Below, one piece after another: positions 19,638 to 28,495 of a stretch of 64,000 nucleotides of DNA (position 1 is its first letter; each line of letters begins with the position of its first letter). Below the pieces are notes generated by a model. The model worked only from the letters and a program-made list of their open reading frames with translations. It made no database searches and was not told where the DNA came from. The stretch is from positions 288,001 through 352,000 of the forward strand of contig CAWGAA010000002.1 of NCBI GenBank assembly GCA_963820525.1, read 5' to 3'. Origin of the DNA: an uncultured Spirochaetota bacterium (GTDB lineage: Bacteria > Spirochaetota > Spirochaetia > SZUA-6 > Fen-1364). The position numbers and the translations under genes were made by a program.

Positions 19638-21044
19638 CTACTGGAGCGCGTCCACAAGCGCCTCATAGGCGCCGACGGCCTTGTCGTTGTCCCGCACCGT
19701 GTGGCTGGAGCTGATCATGTCGCGGCCCATGCGGGAGAGAACCCCGCGCTCCATGACGATGATCGAGTAGTCTGACAGGATATGCCTGCGGTAGATCACC
19801 TCCTGGAGCTTTTCCGCGGAGGTGAGGGCAACGGCGTGCGGGGCCGTCATCTCTATGCGGATGATCCCGCCGTAGTTGTAGGCGAAGAAGCCGGTCGTCG
19901 TGGAGGCGAAGAGGGCGTTGAGCTTGTCGACGTAGTCCGCCGCGGCGGCGAACACTCGTTCGACGGTTCCGGGCTTCTCGAGCTCCACGAAGGTGTAGTA
20001 CGCGGCCGCCGCGGAGAGCGTGTTTCCGGCCAGGGTGCCGACAACGTAGGCGTAGGGCCGCTCGTCGGGCAGGCCCGTGGAGGCGGTTTCCATGATCTCG
20101 GCCTTTCCTCCGACCGCCCCGCAGGAGGGGTAGCCGCTCATGAGGGCCTTGCCCAGGGTGGTGAGGTCCGGCATTACACCGAACGCCGCCTGGGCCCCGC
20201 CGAGGCCCATGCGAAGGCCCGTGACCACCTCATCGAAAACGTACAGGGCTCCGTGGCGATGCGCCACCTCGATCGCGGCTGTGTGGAAGCCCTCGGCGAA
20301 CGGGACGAGCCCGCTTTCGCCTCCCACCGGCTCGGTGAACACGGCGGCCACCCCCCCGCTTTTCTCATGCTCGGCGAGCGCCCTCTCCAGCGCCTCCAGG
20401 TCATTGGGCGGCACGAGGACCGTGAGGTCGAGAATCTCGGCGGGCACCCCGTGCGCGATGAACCGTCCGCTGCCGGGCACTTCCATGTCGGTCATGAACT
20501 GGTCCGCCCATCCATGGTAGTGGCCCATGAACTTGACGACCTTCTTCTTTCCCGTGTACGAGCGCGCGATTCGAAGCGCGGCCGCGTTCGCCTCCGCTCC
20601 GGATGACGTGAATCGCACCTTCTCGATGGAGGGGAAGTGGCGGACGATTTTCTCCGCCGCGCGAAGCTCCATCTCGTCGAAGAAGCCGTGGAAGTGGGTC
20701 CTCCCCCGCTCGAGCTCCGCCATGTCGCGGCGGAGCCCCTCGTGATTGTGTCCCAGGAGAACCACGCCGCCGGAAAGGATGTAGTCGAGGTACTCGTTTC
20801 CATCCACGTCCCAGACCCGGGAGCCCTGGCCGTGATCCATGAACAGAGGGTAGGGGGCGGCGGGCGGGAGGGAGTGCTCGCTTCCCCGCGGGAGAAGCCG
20901 GGAGGCCTGCTCCGCGAGGCGGGCTGAAGTGGGTGTGCGCGCGCTGAACTCCCGGATGGCCCGCTGGAGCGCCTGCTCCTTGAGGGGGCGAACGGGTTTT
21001 TCAGCAAGCGCCCGGGCTCGCTCCACGATATCCTGATACTTCAC
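19638..21044 (-). CDS. Class III PLP aminotransferase (HemL/GSA-aminomutase-like paralog)
   Basis: DVDGNEYLDY, FTSSGAEA, GHYHG, FDEVVTG, TTLGKAL; GTG start after AAAGGAG. Confidence 0.88.
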   Translation of the reverse strand: MKYQDIVERARALAEKPVRPLKEQALQRAIREFSARTPTSARLAEQASRLLPRGSEHSLPPAAPYPLFMDHGQGSRVWDVDGNEYLDYILSGGVVLLGHNHEGLRRDMAELERGRTHFHGFFDEMELRAAEKIVRHFPSIEKVRFTSSGAEANAAALRIARSYTGKKKVVKFMGHYHGWADQFMTDMEVPGSGRFIAHGVPAEILDLTVLVPPNDLEALERALAEHEKSGGVAAVFTEPVGGESGLVPFAEGFHTAAIEVAHRHGALYVFDEVVTGLRMGLGGAQAAFGVMPDLTTLGKALMSGYPSCGAVGGKAEIMETASTGLPDERPYAYVVGTLAGNTLSAAAAYYTFVELEKPGTVERVFAAAADYVDKLNALFASTTTGFFAYNYGGIIRIEMTAPHAVALTSAEKLQEVIYRRHILSDYSIIVMERGVLSRMGRDMISSSHTVRDNDKAVGAYEALVDALQ

Positions 21045-21083
21045 GATCGTTCTCCTTTGAAAGCGCCGGGGAAGCTCACGGGC

Positions 21084-22241
21084 CTACATCCCCAGGGGCA
21101 AGAGTACATAGCTGAATGCGATGCCGATGTAGGTGCCGATCACCCAGCCGATGATTCCCGTGACGACTCCGGGAAGAATCATGTCGCGGTTTTTCAGGGC
21201 CGAGGATACCATCGGCACGAAGGGAGGCGAGCAGATCCCCGCCACGGAGGTGATGATCATCGTGTCCGTGTCGATGCGGAAGATCGCGCACAGCGCGATA
21301 TGCAGCGCCATGGATCCGAAGATCGCCAGGGTCACGTAGCCGATCACGGAGGGCAGCGCCGTGGCAAGGCTTCGGAGGTCCGCCATCGAGCCGATTGCCA
21401 GACAGAACACGAGGATGAAGTAGTTGCCCAGCTGATAGGTCTTTCTGATCCGCCGAAGCGGCCGGATGAAGGACGCCGCGATGGCAAGCGTGGTGATGGC
21501 GAGGATGGCCCCGATGGCAGACCACCCCGAGGGGAGAAAGATCGTGAGCGAAGCGCCGGCTGCCGCGATGAGAAGGGCGATCCCGAAAGCGCCGAGAAGC
21601 GGCGGGAGGGTTTCTCGCGAGAAAAAACCGGAATAGGAACCGTAATCGTCAGCCGAGACGTCCCGGGCGCCCTCTCCCGTCCCGCTGTAGGGCTTGAGAA
21701 ACATCCCGATGACCTTCTGGCCGATGGTGACGAGGAAAAGGAGGTAGATCGCCGAGATCACGATGTCCGAGGCGTTTGCCGCGACATAGAGGGCGGGGCT
21801 GGTCTGCAGGGCGATTCCGATTGCCGCGAGGTTGATGGTTCCGCCGGTGTAGACCCCGATGAGCATCCCGGCGAGCTTATTCGCCTCGGCTCCAATTACT
21901 CCCTTGAAGATAAAGAAGCCGACCGCGGATGCCGCGATCACGGCGAAGGTCTCCAGCCCGAACGAGAGGATCGCCTTTCCCCCCGTCCTGGTCCATCTGC
22001 CGATGTCGAGGGAGAAGAAAATCAGCGGAAGCGCGATGGGTATCGCGGCGTTGGTGGTGATGGTTTGGACCGTCGCCGCCCCTGCCGGCAGGATGCCGCT
22101 GTTTCCCAGGATCAGCCCGGCTGCATAGCAGACGACAACCGCGCCGATCCTGTCCACCAGAAGGACACGCTTGGCCCCGAGGTACAAGGCCAAGGCCGGG
22201 AAGCCCAGGAAGAAGAGCACCAGGAGAACTGTTGGGATCAT
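21084..22241 (-). CDS. DUF819-family integral membrane protein (putative transporter)
   Basis: About 11 TM helices; GVYTGGTINLAAI and SVAGICSPPFVP motifs. Confidence 0.8.
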   Translation of the reverse strand: MIPTVLLVLFFLGFPALALYLGAKRVLLVDRIGAVVVCYAAGLILGNSGILPAGAATVQTITTNAAIPIALPLIFFSLDIGRWTRTGGKAILSFGLETFAVIAASAVGFFIFKGVIGAEANKLAGMLIGVYTGGTINLAAIGIALQTSPALYVAANASDIVISAIYLLFLVTIGQKVIGMFLKPYSGTGEGARDVSADDYGSYSGFFSRETLPPLLGAFGIALLIAAAGASLTIFLPSGWSAIGAILAITTLAIAASFIRPLRRIRKTYQLGNYFILVFCLAIGSMADLRSLATALPSVIGYVTLAIFGSMALHIALCAIFRIDTDTMIITSVAGICSPPFVPMVSSALKNRDMILPGVVTGIIGWVIGTYIGIAFSYVLLPLGM

Positions 22242-22363
22242 CGGGAGGGCAGTATAGAGAAACGACGGCCTTGATTCCAGCCCCTTTCTCCAAAATCGCC
22301 GCCGTAGTCCTCGCCCTCATGCCCGATCCTTGACTTGCGTCCGCGCGGTGGCATACTACGGGC

Positions 22364-22951
22364 ATGGAAAAGAGAGCTCGCGGATTTGCGTTGGCGCTGA
22401 TTGTCATCGCGGCTGCAGCCGCCGGCGCCCAGACGGGAGCGAAGGCCGCCAAGCCCCTTGGCACCGTCACGGTGAGCTATGACGTGCAGCGGATCGGCGG
22501 GATCGCCTCCAACCAGTTGGCGGTATGGATCGAAGATGCAGCAGGGGCGTATGTGAAAACGCTGTTTGCCACGGACTTCATGGCTCGTCGGAAGGGCTTT
22601 GAAAGAAAAACGCAGGTATGCCCGGAATGGGTAAAGGCCTCCGGCATCGCGGCCATGAGTGCCGCCCAGATCGACGCGCTCTCCGGCGCCACGCAGAAGG
22701 CGGGAAGGATCTCGCTCGTGTGGGACTGCACCGACGCGGCGGGAAAGCCGCTCCCCGCCGGCACCTATGCCTATAAAGTAGAGGGCAACCTCCGCTGGGA
22801 GAAGAGGGTGCTCTGGACGGGCAAGATTGAAGTAGGGAGCAAGGCCGTCACATCCGCGGCGATCGCAAGCTTCCTCCCCGATGAGTCGAGCAAGGAAGCC
22901 GGAGTCCTGGTCACCGAGGTCGCAGCCGCTTTTTCCCCAGCCGCCCGCTGA
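22364..22951 (+). CDS. Secreted DUF2271-like / FlgD-Ig-like protein with DALSGAT flavinylation motif
   Basis: Signal peptide; SNQLAVWIEDAAGAYVKTLF, IDALSGAT, WDCTDAAGKPLPAGTY. Confidence 0.78.
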   Translation: MEKRARGFALALIVIAAAAAGAQTGAKAAKPLGTVTVSYDVQRIGGIASNQLAVWIEDAAGAYVKTLFATDFMARRKGFERKTQVCPEWVKASGIAAMSAAQIDALSGATQKAGRISLVWDCTDAAGKPLPAGTYAYKVEGNLRWEKRVLWTGKIEVGSKAVTSAAIASFLPDESSKEAGVLVTEVAAAFSPAAR

Positions 22952-22983
22952 CTTCCAGAAGGCACGGCCGGTTTTTCATCCGG

Positions 22984-23023
22984 TTGTCATGCCCACGTGA
23001 ATTTGGTAGTATCGGCTATACTA
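22984..23023 (+). promoter_or_regulatory. sigma70 promoter of PFOR with overlapping inverted repeat
   Basis: TTGTCA-N17-TAGTAT; TAGTAT-cggct-ATACTA palindrome at 23007-23023. Confidence 0.55.
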
Positions 23024-23055
23024 ACCACCTTTTTGACGAAAGAAGGAACAAGCAA

Positions 23056-26000
23056 ATGGCACGAAAGATGATAACGATAGATGGCAATACCGCCGCGGGC
23101 ACGGTAGCCCATGCCACGAATGAAGTGATCGCGATCTATCCCATCACCCCCTCCTCCACGATGGGAGAGCTCGCCGACGAGCTTTCCGCGGACGGCAAGA
23201 AGAACATCTGGGGCACGGTGCCCTCGGTTGTCGAGATGCAATCCGAGGCAGGAGCCGCCGGCGCGGTCCACGGCGCCCTCACGACGGGCGCCCTCACCAC
23301 GACCTTTACGGCGTCCCAGGGGCTTCTCCTCATGATCCCCAACATGTTCAAGATAGCGGGGGAGCTCACGTCGACGGTTTTCCATATCGCCGCGCGAGCA
23401 GTGGCAACGCACGCCCTGTCGATTTTCGGAGACCACTCCGACGTCATGGCCTGCCGCACTACGGGCTGGGCCATGCTGTGCTCCAACAACCAGCAGGAGA
23501 TCATGGACTGCGCCCTGATCGCCCAGGCAGCCACGCTGGAGGCCCGGATTCCCTTCCTCCACTTCTTCGACGGCTTCCGCGCCTACGTGGAGGTGCAGAA
23601 GATCGAGGAGCTCGCCGCCGAAGACATGCACGCGATGGTCACCGACGAGCTGGTGGCCGCCCACAGGGCCCGCGCCCTGAACCCCGAGCGCCCGGTCATC
23701 CGCGGCACTTCGCAGAATCCCGATGTGTACTTCGCGGGCCGCGAGGCGGTGAACAAGTACTACCTGGCCGTGCCCGCCATCGTGCAGAAGGCCATGGACA
23801 AGCTGGCCAAGATCGTGGGCCGCCAGTACCGGCTCTTCGACTACGTGGGGGCCAAGGACGCCGACCGCATCGTCATCATGATGGGAAACGGCGCGGAGAC
23901 CGCGGAAGAGGTGGCGGGCTCTCTCAACGCAAAGGGCGAGAAGGTGGGCGTGCTCAAGGTCAGGCTTTTCCGGCCCTTCAGCATCGAGCACTTCGTCAAG
24001 GCGCTCCCTTCCACGGTGAAGGCGATCGCGGTGCTTGACCGCACCAAGGAGCCCGGCGCCCTGGGCGAGCCGCTCTACGAGGACGTGCGCACCGCCATCG
24101 GAGAGGGCATGGCGAGCGGCGCGCTCAAGATGAAGGACTACCCCGTCATCGTCGGCGGCCGCTACGGGCTGGGCTCCTACGAGTTCACCGGCGCCATGGC
24201 CAAGGCCGTCTTCGACAACCTGAAGGCCAAGCAGCCCAAGAACCACTTCACGGTCGGGATCAACGACGACGTGACCAATTCGAGCCTTTCCTTCGACGAG
24301 AGCTTCACCTCCGAGCCCGCCGGCGTTCACAGCGCCCTGTTCTACGGGCTGGGCGCGGACGGAACCGTCGGGGCCAACAAGAACTCGATCAAGATCATCG
24401 GCAAGGCCACGGACAACTTCTGCCAGGGCTACTTCGTCTTCGACTCCAAGAAGTCGGGCTCGATCACGATTTCGCATCTCAGGTTCGGAAAGCAGCCGAT
24501 CAAGAGCGCCTACCTCGTCACCAAGGCGAGCTTCGTGGCCTGCCACAAGTTCAGCTTCCTGGAAAAGTACGACATGCTCTCCCAGGCCAACGACGGCGCC
24601 GTGTTCCTCCTGAACTCCCCCTTCGGCAAGGAGGAGGTCTGGCAGAACATCCCCGTGGAGGTGCAGAAGCAGATCATCGACAAGAAGCTGAGGTTCTACG
24701 TGATCGACGCCACGAAGATCGCCGACAGCGTGGGGCTCAAGGGCAGGATCAACGTCACCATGCAGACCGCGTTCTTCCTCATCTCCGGCGTCGTTCCCGA
24801 GGCAAAGGCCCTGGAGCTGATCAAGAGCTCCATCGAGGACACCTACGGCAACAAGGGCAAGGACATCGTCGAGATGAACATGAAGGCGGTCGAGGCCGCC
24901 CGGACCAGCATCCAGCAGGTGGGCTATCCCGCCAAGACCGCGGGAAGCATCCATATGAAGTCTCCCGTTCCCGCCGAAGCCCCCGCGTTCGTGAAGTCGG
25001 TGACCGCGGAGATCATCGCGGGCCGCGGAGAAAAGCTGGCCGTTTCCATGCTTCCCGATGACGGCACCTGGCCTTCAGCCACCACCCAGTGGGAGAAGAG
25101 GAACATCGCTGAAGAGACCCCCGTGTGGGACCCCGAGACCTGCATCCAGTGCGGAGAGTGCTCCCTGGTGTGTCCCCATGCCGTCATCCGCATGAAGGTC
25201 TACGACGCGGCAAAGCTCGCGGGCGCACCCGCCGCCTTCAAATCCATCGACGCCAAGGGCTCCGAGTTCAAGGGCATGAAGTACACGGTCCAGGTCTCGT
25301 CCCTGGACTGCACGGGCTGCGGGGTGTGCGTGAGCACATGCCCCGCCTACAAGAAGGTGGACGGCCAGAAGACGGACAAGAAGGCCATCAACATGGCCCC
25401 GCAGCTTCCCATCAGGGACCAGGAGGCAGCAAACTTCGCCTTCTTCCTCACCCTGCCGGAGGTGGACACAAAGCTGATCAAGCGCAACTCCATCAAGGGC
25501 TCGCAGCTCATCAGGCCTTTGTTCGAGTTCTCGGGGGCCTGCGGCGGCTGCGGTGAAACCCCGTATCTCAAGCTGATGAGCCAGCTCTACGGCGACCGTG
25601 CCGTCATCGCCAACGCAACGGGCTGCTCGTCGATCTACGGCGGCAACCTCCCAACAACCCCTTACGCGGTGCGCGCCGACGGCCGGGGACCCGCATGGTC
25701 CAACTCTCTTTTCGAGGACGCGGCGGAGTTCGGCTACGGCATGAGGCTCACGGCGGACAAGATGTCCGAGTTCGCCAAGGAGATCGTCGAGCGGCTCATC
25801 TCCGGCGGCTCCGTCGTGTCGAAGGATCTCCTCCAGCAGATCGGCTCAGCGGACCAGTCCACGCAGGAGGGGATAGAAGCCCAGCGCCAGAGGGTGGGCG
25901 AGCTCAAGAAGGCGCTTGCCAAGGCGAAGACCGACGAAGAGAAGCGGCTCCTCGCGGCTGCGGACTACCTGATCAAGAAATCGGTGTGGATCGTTGGCGG

Positions 26001-26646
26001 CGACGGCTGGGCGTACGACATCGGCTACGGCGGCCTGGACCACGTGATCGCCTCCAACAGGAACGTGAACATCCTGGTCCTCGACACCGAGGTGTACTCC
26101 AACACGGGAGGCCAGATGTCGAAGTCAACCCCCGTCGGCGCGATCGCCAAGTTCGCTGCGGCCGGAAAGCCCCTGGGCAAGAAAGACCTCGGCCTCTTGG
26201 CAATGGCATATGGCACGGCATACGTGGCCCGCGTGGCCCTGGGCGCCAACAAGCTCCAGACCATCCGCGCCTTCGATGAGGCTGACGCGCACAACGGACC
26301 GTCCATCATCATCGCGTACTGCCACTGTATCAACCAGGGCATCGATCTGAAAAAGGGCCTCTCCCAGCAGAAGCTGGCGGTGGAGTCCGGCGCCTGGACC
26401 CTGTTCCGCTACAATCCCAAGCTCCGTGCCGAGGGCAAAAACCCGCTCATCCTGGACTCGCGTGAGCCCACGGCGGACATCGGGGAGTACATGTACAACG
26501 AGATCCGTTTCCGCGCCCTCAAGCAGATCAGCCCCGAGCGCGCGTCCACCTTCCTGGCCCAGGCCAAGCTCGACGCCAAGGAGCGCTACGCGTACTACAA
26601 GTACCTGGCCGACCGCGGTCAGGCGCCCGCACCCTCCGCTTCCTGA
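23056..26646 (+). CDS. nifJ: Pyruvate:ferredoxin (flavodoxin) oxidoreductase, homodimeric
   Basis: AIYPITPSS, two CxxCxxC ferredoxin motifs, FSGACGGCGETPY, GGDGWAYDIG; AGAAGGA SD before ATG 23056. Confidence 0.97.
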   Translation: MARKMITIDGNTAAGTVAHATNEVIAIYPITPSSTMGELADELSADGKKNIWGTVPSVVEMQSEAGAAGAVHGALTTGALTTTFTASQGLLLMIPNMFKIAGELTSTVFHIAARAVATHALSIFGDHSDVMACRTTGWAMLCSNNQQEIMDCALIAQAATLEARIPFLHFFDGFRAYVEVQKIEELAAEDMHAMVTDELVAAHRARALNPERPVIRGTSQNPDVYFAGREAVNKYYLAVPAIVQKAMDKLAKIVGRQYRLFDYVGAKDADRIVIMMGNGAETAEEVAGSLNAKGEKVGVLKVRLFRPFSIEHFVKALPSTVKAIAVLDRTKEPGALGEPLYEDVRTAIGEGMASGALKMKDYPVIVGGRYGLGSYEFTGAMAKAVFDNLKAKQPKNHFTVGINDDVTNSSLSFDESFTSEPAGVHSALFYGLGADGTVGANKNSIKIIGKATDNFCQGYFVFDSKKSGSITISHLRFGKQPIKSAYLVTKASFVACHKFSFLEKYDMLSQANDGAVFLLNSPFGKEEVWQNIPVEVQKQIIDKKLRFYVIDATKIADSVGLKGRINVTMQTAFFLISGVVPEAKALELIKSSIEDTYGNKGKDIVEMNMKAVEAARTSIQQVGYPAKTAGSIHMKSPVPAEAPAFVKSVTAEIIAGRGEKLAVSMLPDDGTWPSATTQWEKRNIAEETPVWDPETCIQCGECSLVCPHAVIRMKVYDAAKLAGAPAAFKSIDAKGSEFKGMKYTVQVSSLDCTGCGVCVSTCPAYKKVDGQKTDKKAINMAPQLPIRDQEAANFAFFLTLPEVDTKLIKRNSIKGSQLIRPLFEFSGACGGCGETPYLKLMSQLYGDRAVIANATGCSSIYGGNLPTTPYAVRADGRGPAWSNSLFEDAAEFGYGMRLTADKMSEFAKEIVERLISGGSVVSKDLLQQIGSADQSTQEGIEAQRQRVGELKKALAKAKTDEEKRLLAAADYLIKKSVWIVGGDGWAYDIGYGGLDHVIASNRNVNILVLDTEVYSNTGGQMSKSTPVGAIAKFAAAGKPLGKKDLGLLAMAYGTAYVARVALGANKLQTIRAFDEADAHNGPSIIIAYCHCINQGIDLKKGLSQQKLAVESGAWTLFRYNPKLRAEGKNPLILDSREPTADIGEYMYNEIRFRALKQISPERASTFLAQAKLDAKERYAYYKYLADRGQAPAPSAS

Positions 26647-26670
26647 AATAGTCTCATACAAAGCACAACG

Positions 26671-26710
26671 AGCCGCCCGCGGCCCGACAGGCTGTGGGCG
26701 GCTTTTTTAT
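26671..26710 (+). terminator. Intrinsic terminator after PFOR
   Basis: AGCCGCCCGCGGCC...GGCTGTGGGCGGCT stem followed by a T-rich tract. Confidence 0.85.
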
Positions 26711-26782
26711 TGGCTCTCCAGTTTCGCAAGCACACACGAGGGCGGGAGCCCGGCGCGTCCAGCCGGCGGCGAGGTCGCGCAG

Positions 26783-28333
26783 CTACGCTTGAGGCTTCAT
26801 CTCCGGCGCGCCGAGAAGCCGGATATGCTTCTCCATGTGCTTTTCAACCACGGAGTAGTGAAGCTCCTCCTCCTGGATAAGGGTCCTGAAAAAAGGCCCG
26901 CGGATTTCCGGGTCCTTCAGGAGCCCGCCGTACGTTATGTGGAGGAGCTGGCGGGAATCTTTCGATTCCAGATACCGCTCGAGAGCTGAGTCCTTTACAG
27001 TATCCGGATCGGGAATCGCCGCCAGATTTGTGGTGACGTGATAGAGCTTTGAAGCGTCGGGGAAATGGGTGAACGCCCTGGCCAGCATCGCCCGAAAGAG
27101 GGCTGGATTCGATCTGGCGACCACCCGCACAGCCTCAAGCCAGCTCGTGCCGGCTGTCTTCAGGTGGAGACGAAGCCCGGTGAGCCTTCCGATTGCCGGG
27201 TAGACGGAGAACTTGTCGCTTCCCGAGTGGACGGATATCTTGTAGCCTCCGAACTCGCGGGCGATGCGGCAGTGCGCGGCCAGCTGGCTCTCGAACTCCC
27301 TCACGTCTCCTATGTAATCGATTCCCTTCTGAAACTCCCCGATGAAGCGGGGCGCGAGAGAGGTGACCGCCACGCCGCGAAGGCGAAGCTCGCTGGCCAT
27401 GAAGAGGTGGTGCGCGGGAAGCGTCGGCGCCGTGGTCTCGTCGATGCTGATCTCCAGGTCGTACTCTTGCCCACGCTTCTCCTGCAGATGCAGGTCCACC
27501 TCCCGTGTGAAGTCCAGGGCGCGCCAGTACATCAGGGCGCATCGCTTTGCCTCGACCGCATCGAGCGTGATGATAGATCCTGAAAGATCGAACGTTTTTC
27601 CCGCGTATTTTTCCAGGACATGCCTCTTCGTTTCCGTTTCAAGCTTTTCGAACTCGGAGTCCACCCGCGCGGGGCTCCACGAAGCGGGAAGTGGGGACAT
27701 CGTTTCGGTGAGGTCGAGGGTTATCATGGGCATCTTGGCGTTCAGCGCCGTATCGATGTCCCGTATCGTTTTCAGGTGGTCGCCGTCCGCTCCGTATCCC
27801 CGCTCGTATCCTTCCTGGAAGACCAGGAAGGTCGCGTCACTGACGACGCCGGGGTAGTCGCGGCCGGTAAGGGTGAGCTCGCGCATGGATTGCTGGGCGA
27901 GCACGGGCGAGACGGCGAACTTGGCGGCCGCGCGCACATGTCCGGGAGTTGCGAGGCCCAGGCGGTCGCCGCAGCCTATGGTGGTTTCCCTGTCCCGAAG
28001 CGAGATTGGAGCCGTGAAGGGGAACGCTTCATGGAGGCGCCCGGCGTTTTCAGCCGAAAGCTCCGCTCTTGCCAGATCGAGCCCTCCGATGCGCTGCTTT
28101 GTGCCCGCGAAAAGTGAGTTGAAAGTCTTGCCGGATACAACATAAAGGCTTTTGTGCCCATCCATGGACGCGATGAAGTAGAGAAGCCCATCGCGCAGGT
28201 GGAGGGAGCGCCGGTAGATCCGGGCGTTTCCCGCAGCTATCCAGGGGGCGTCGCCGCTCTTGAGCCGCTCCAGAGCGGCCTGGTCGGCTCCGGCAAGCCC
28301 GGATTCTGCTACGACGCGTGCTAGTGTTTCCAT
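26783..28333 (-). CDS. uxaE: Tagaturonate/fructuronate epimerase
   Basis: GCGDRLGLATPGH, LAQQSMRELTLTGR, GADGDHLK, EISIDET, HSGSDKFS, HLKTAGTSWLEA. Confidence 0.92.
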   Translation of the reverse strand: METLARVVAESGLAGADQAALERLKSGDAPWIAAGNARIYRRSLHLRDGLLYFIASMDGHKSLYVVSGKTFNSLFAGTKQRIGGLDLARAELSAENAGRLHEAFPFTAPISLRDRETTIGCGDRLGLATPGHVRAAAKFAVSPVLAQQSMRELTLTGRDYPGVVSDATFLVFQEGYERGYGADGDHLKTIRDIDTALNAKMPMITLDLTETMSPLPASWSPARVDSEFEKLETETKRHVLEKYAGKTFDLSGSIITLDAVEAKRCALMYWRALDFTREVDLHLQEKRGQEYDLEISIDETTAPTLPAHHLFMASELRLRGVAVTSLAPRFIGEFQKGIDYIGDVREFESQLAAHCRIAREFGGYKISVHSGSDKFSVYPAIGRLTGLRLHLKTAGTSWLEAVRVVARSNPALFRAMLARAFTHFPDASKLYHVTTNLAAIPDPDTVKDSALERYLESKDSRQLLHITYGGLLKDPEIRGPFFRTLIQEEELHYSVVEKHMEKHIRLLGAPEMKPQA

Positions 28334-28387
28334 CTTTTCTCTTGGATCGGCCGCGATTGATGGTGATGCGCGCCCGCGGCCCTTCGC

Positions 28388-28430
28388 GTGACATCGCTTT
28401 CGCTATTTCGTATTATATCGTAAAACGATA
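28388..28430 (+). promoter_or_regulatory. Promoter and palindromic operator in the uxaE / gntE-like divergent region
   Basis: GTGACA-N17-TATTAT, then the perfect palindrome TATCGT-aaa-ACGATA (28416-28430). Confidence 0.6.
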
Positions 28431-28495
28431 CCGAAGGGAAAGAAAATGGCTGAGGATTGCGAACGGCGGAGCACGCGCTCCGGGGCGGTGGCGCG

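Noticed and set aside
19638..21044. Calling the class III aminotransferase hemL
   Set aside because: The N-terminus is divergent (no GGVNSPVR-type motif) and no hemA or other tetrapyrrole genes are nearby.
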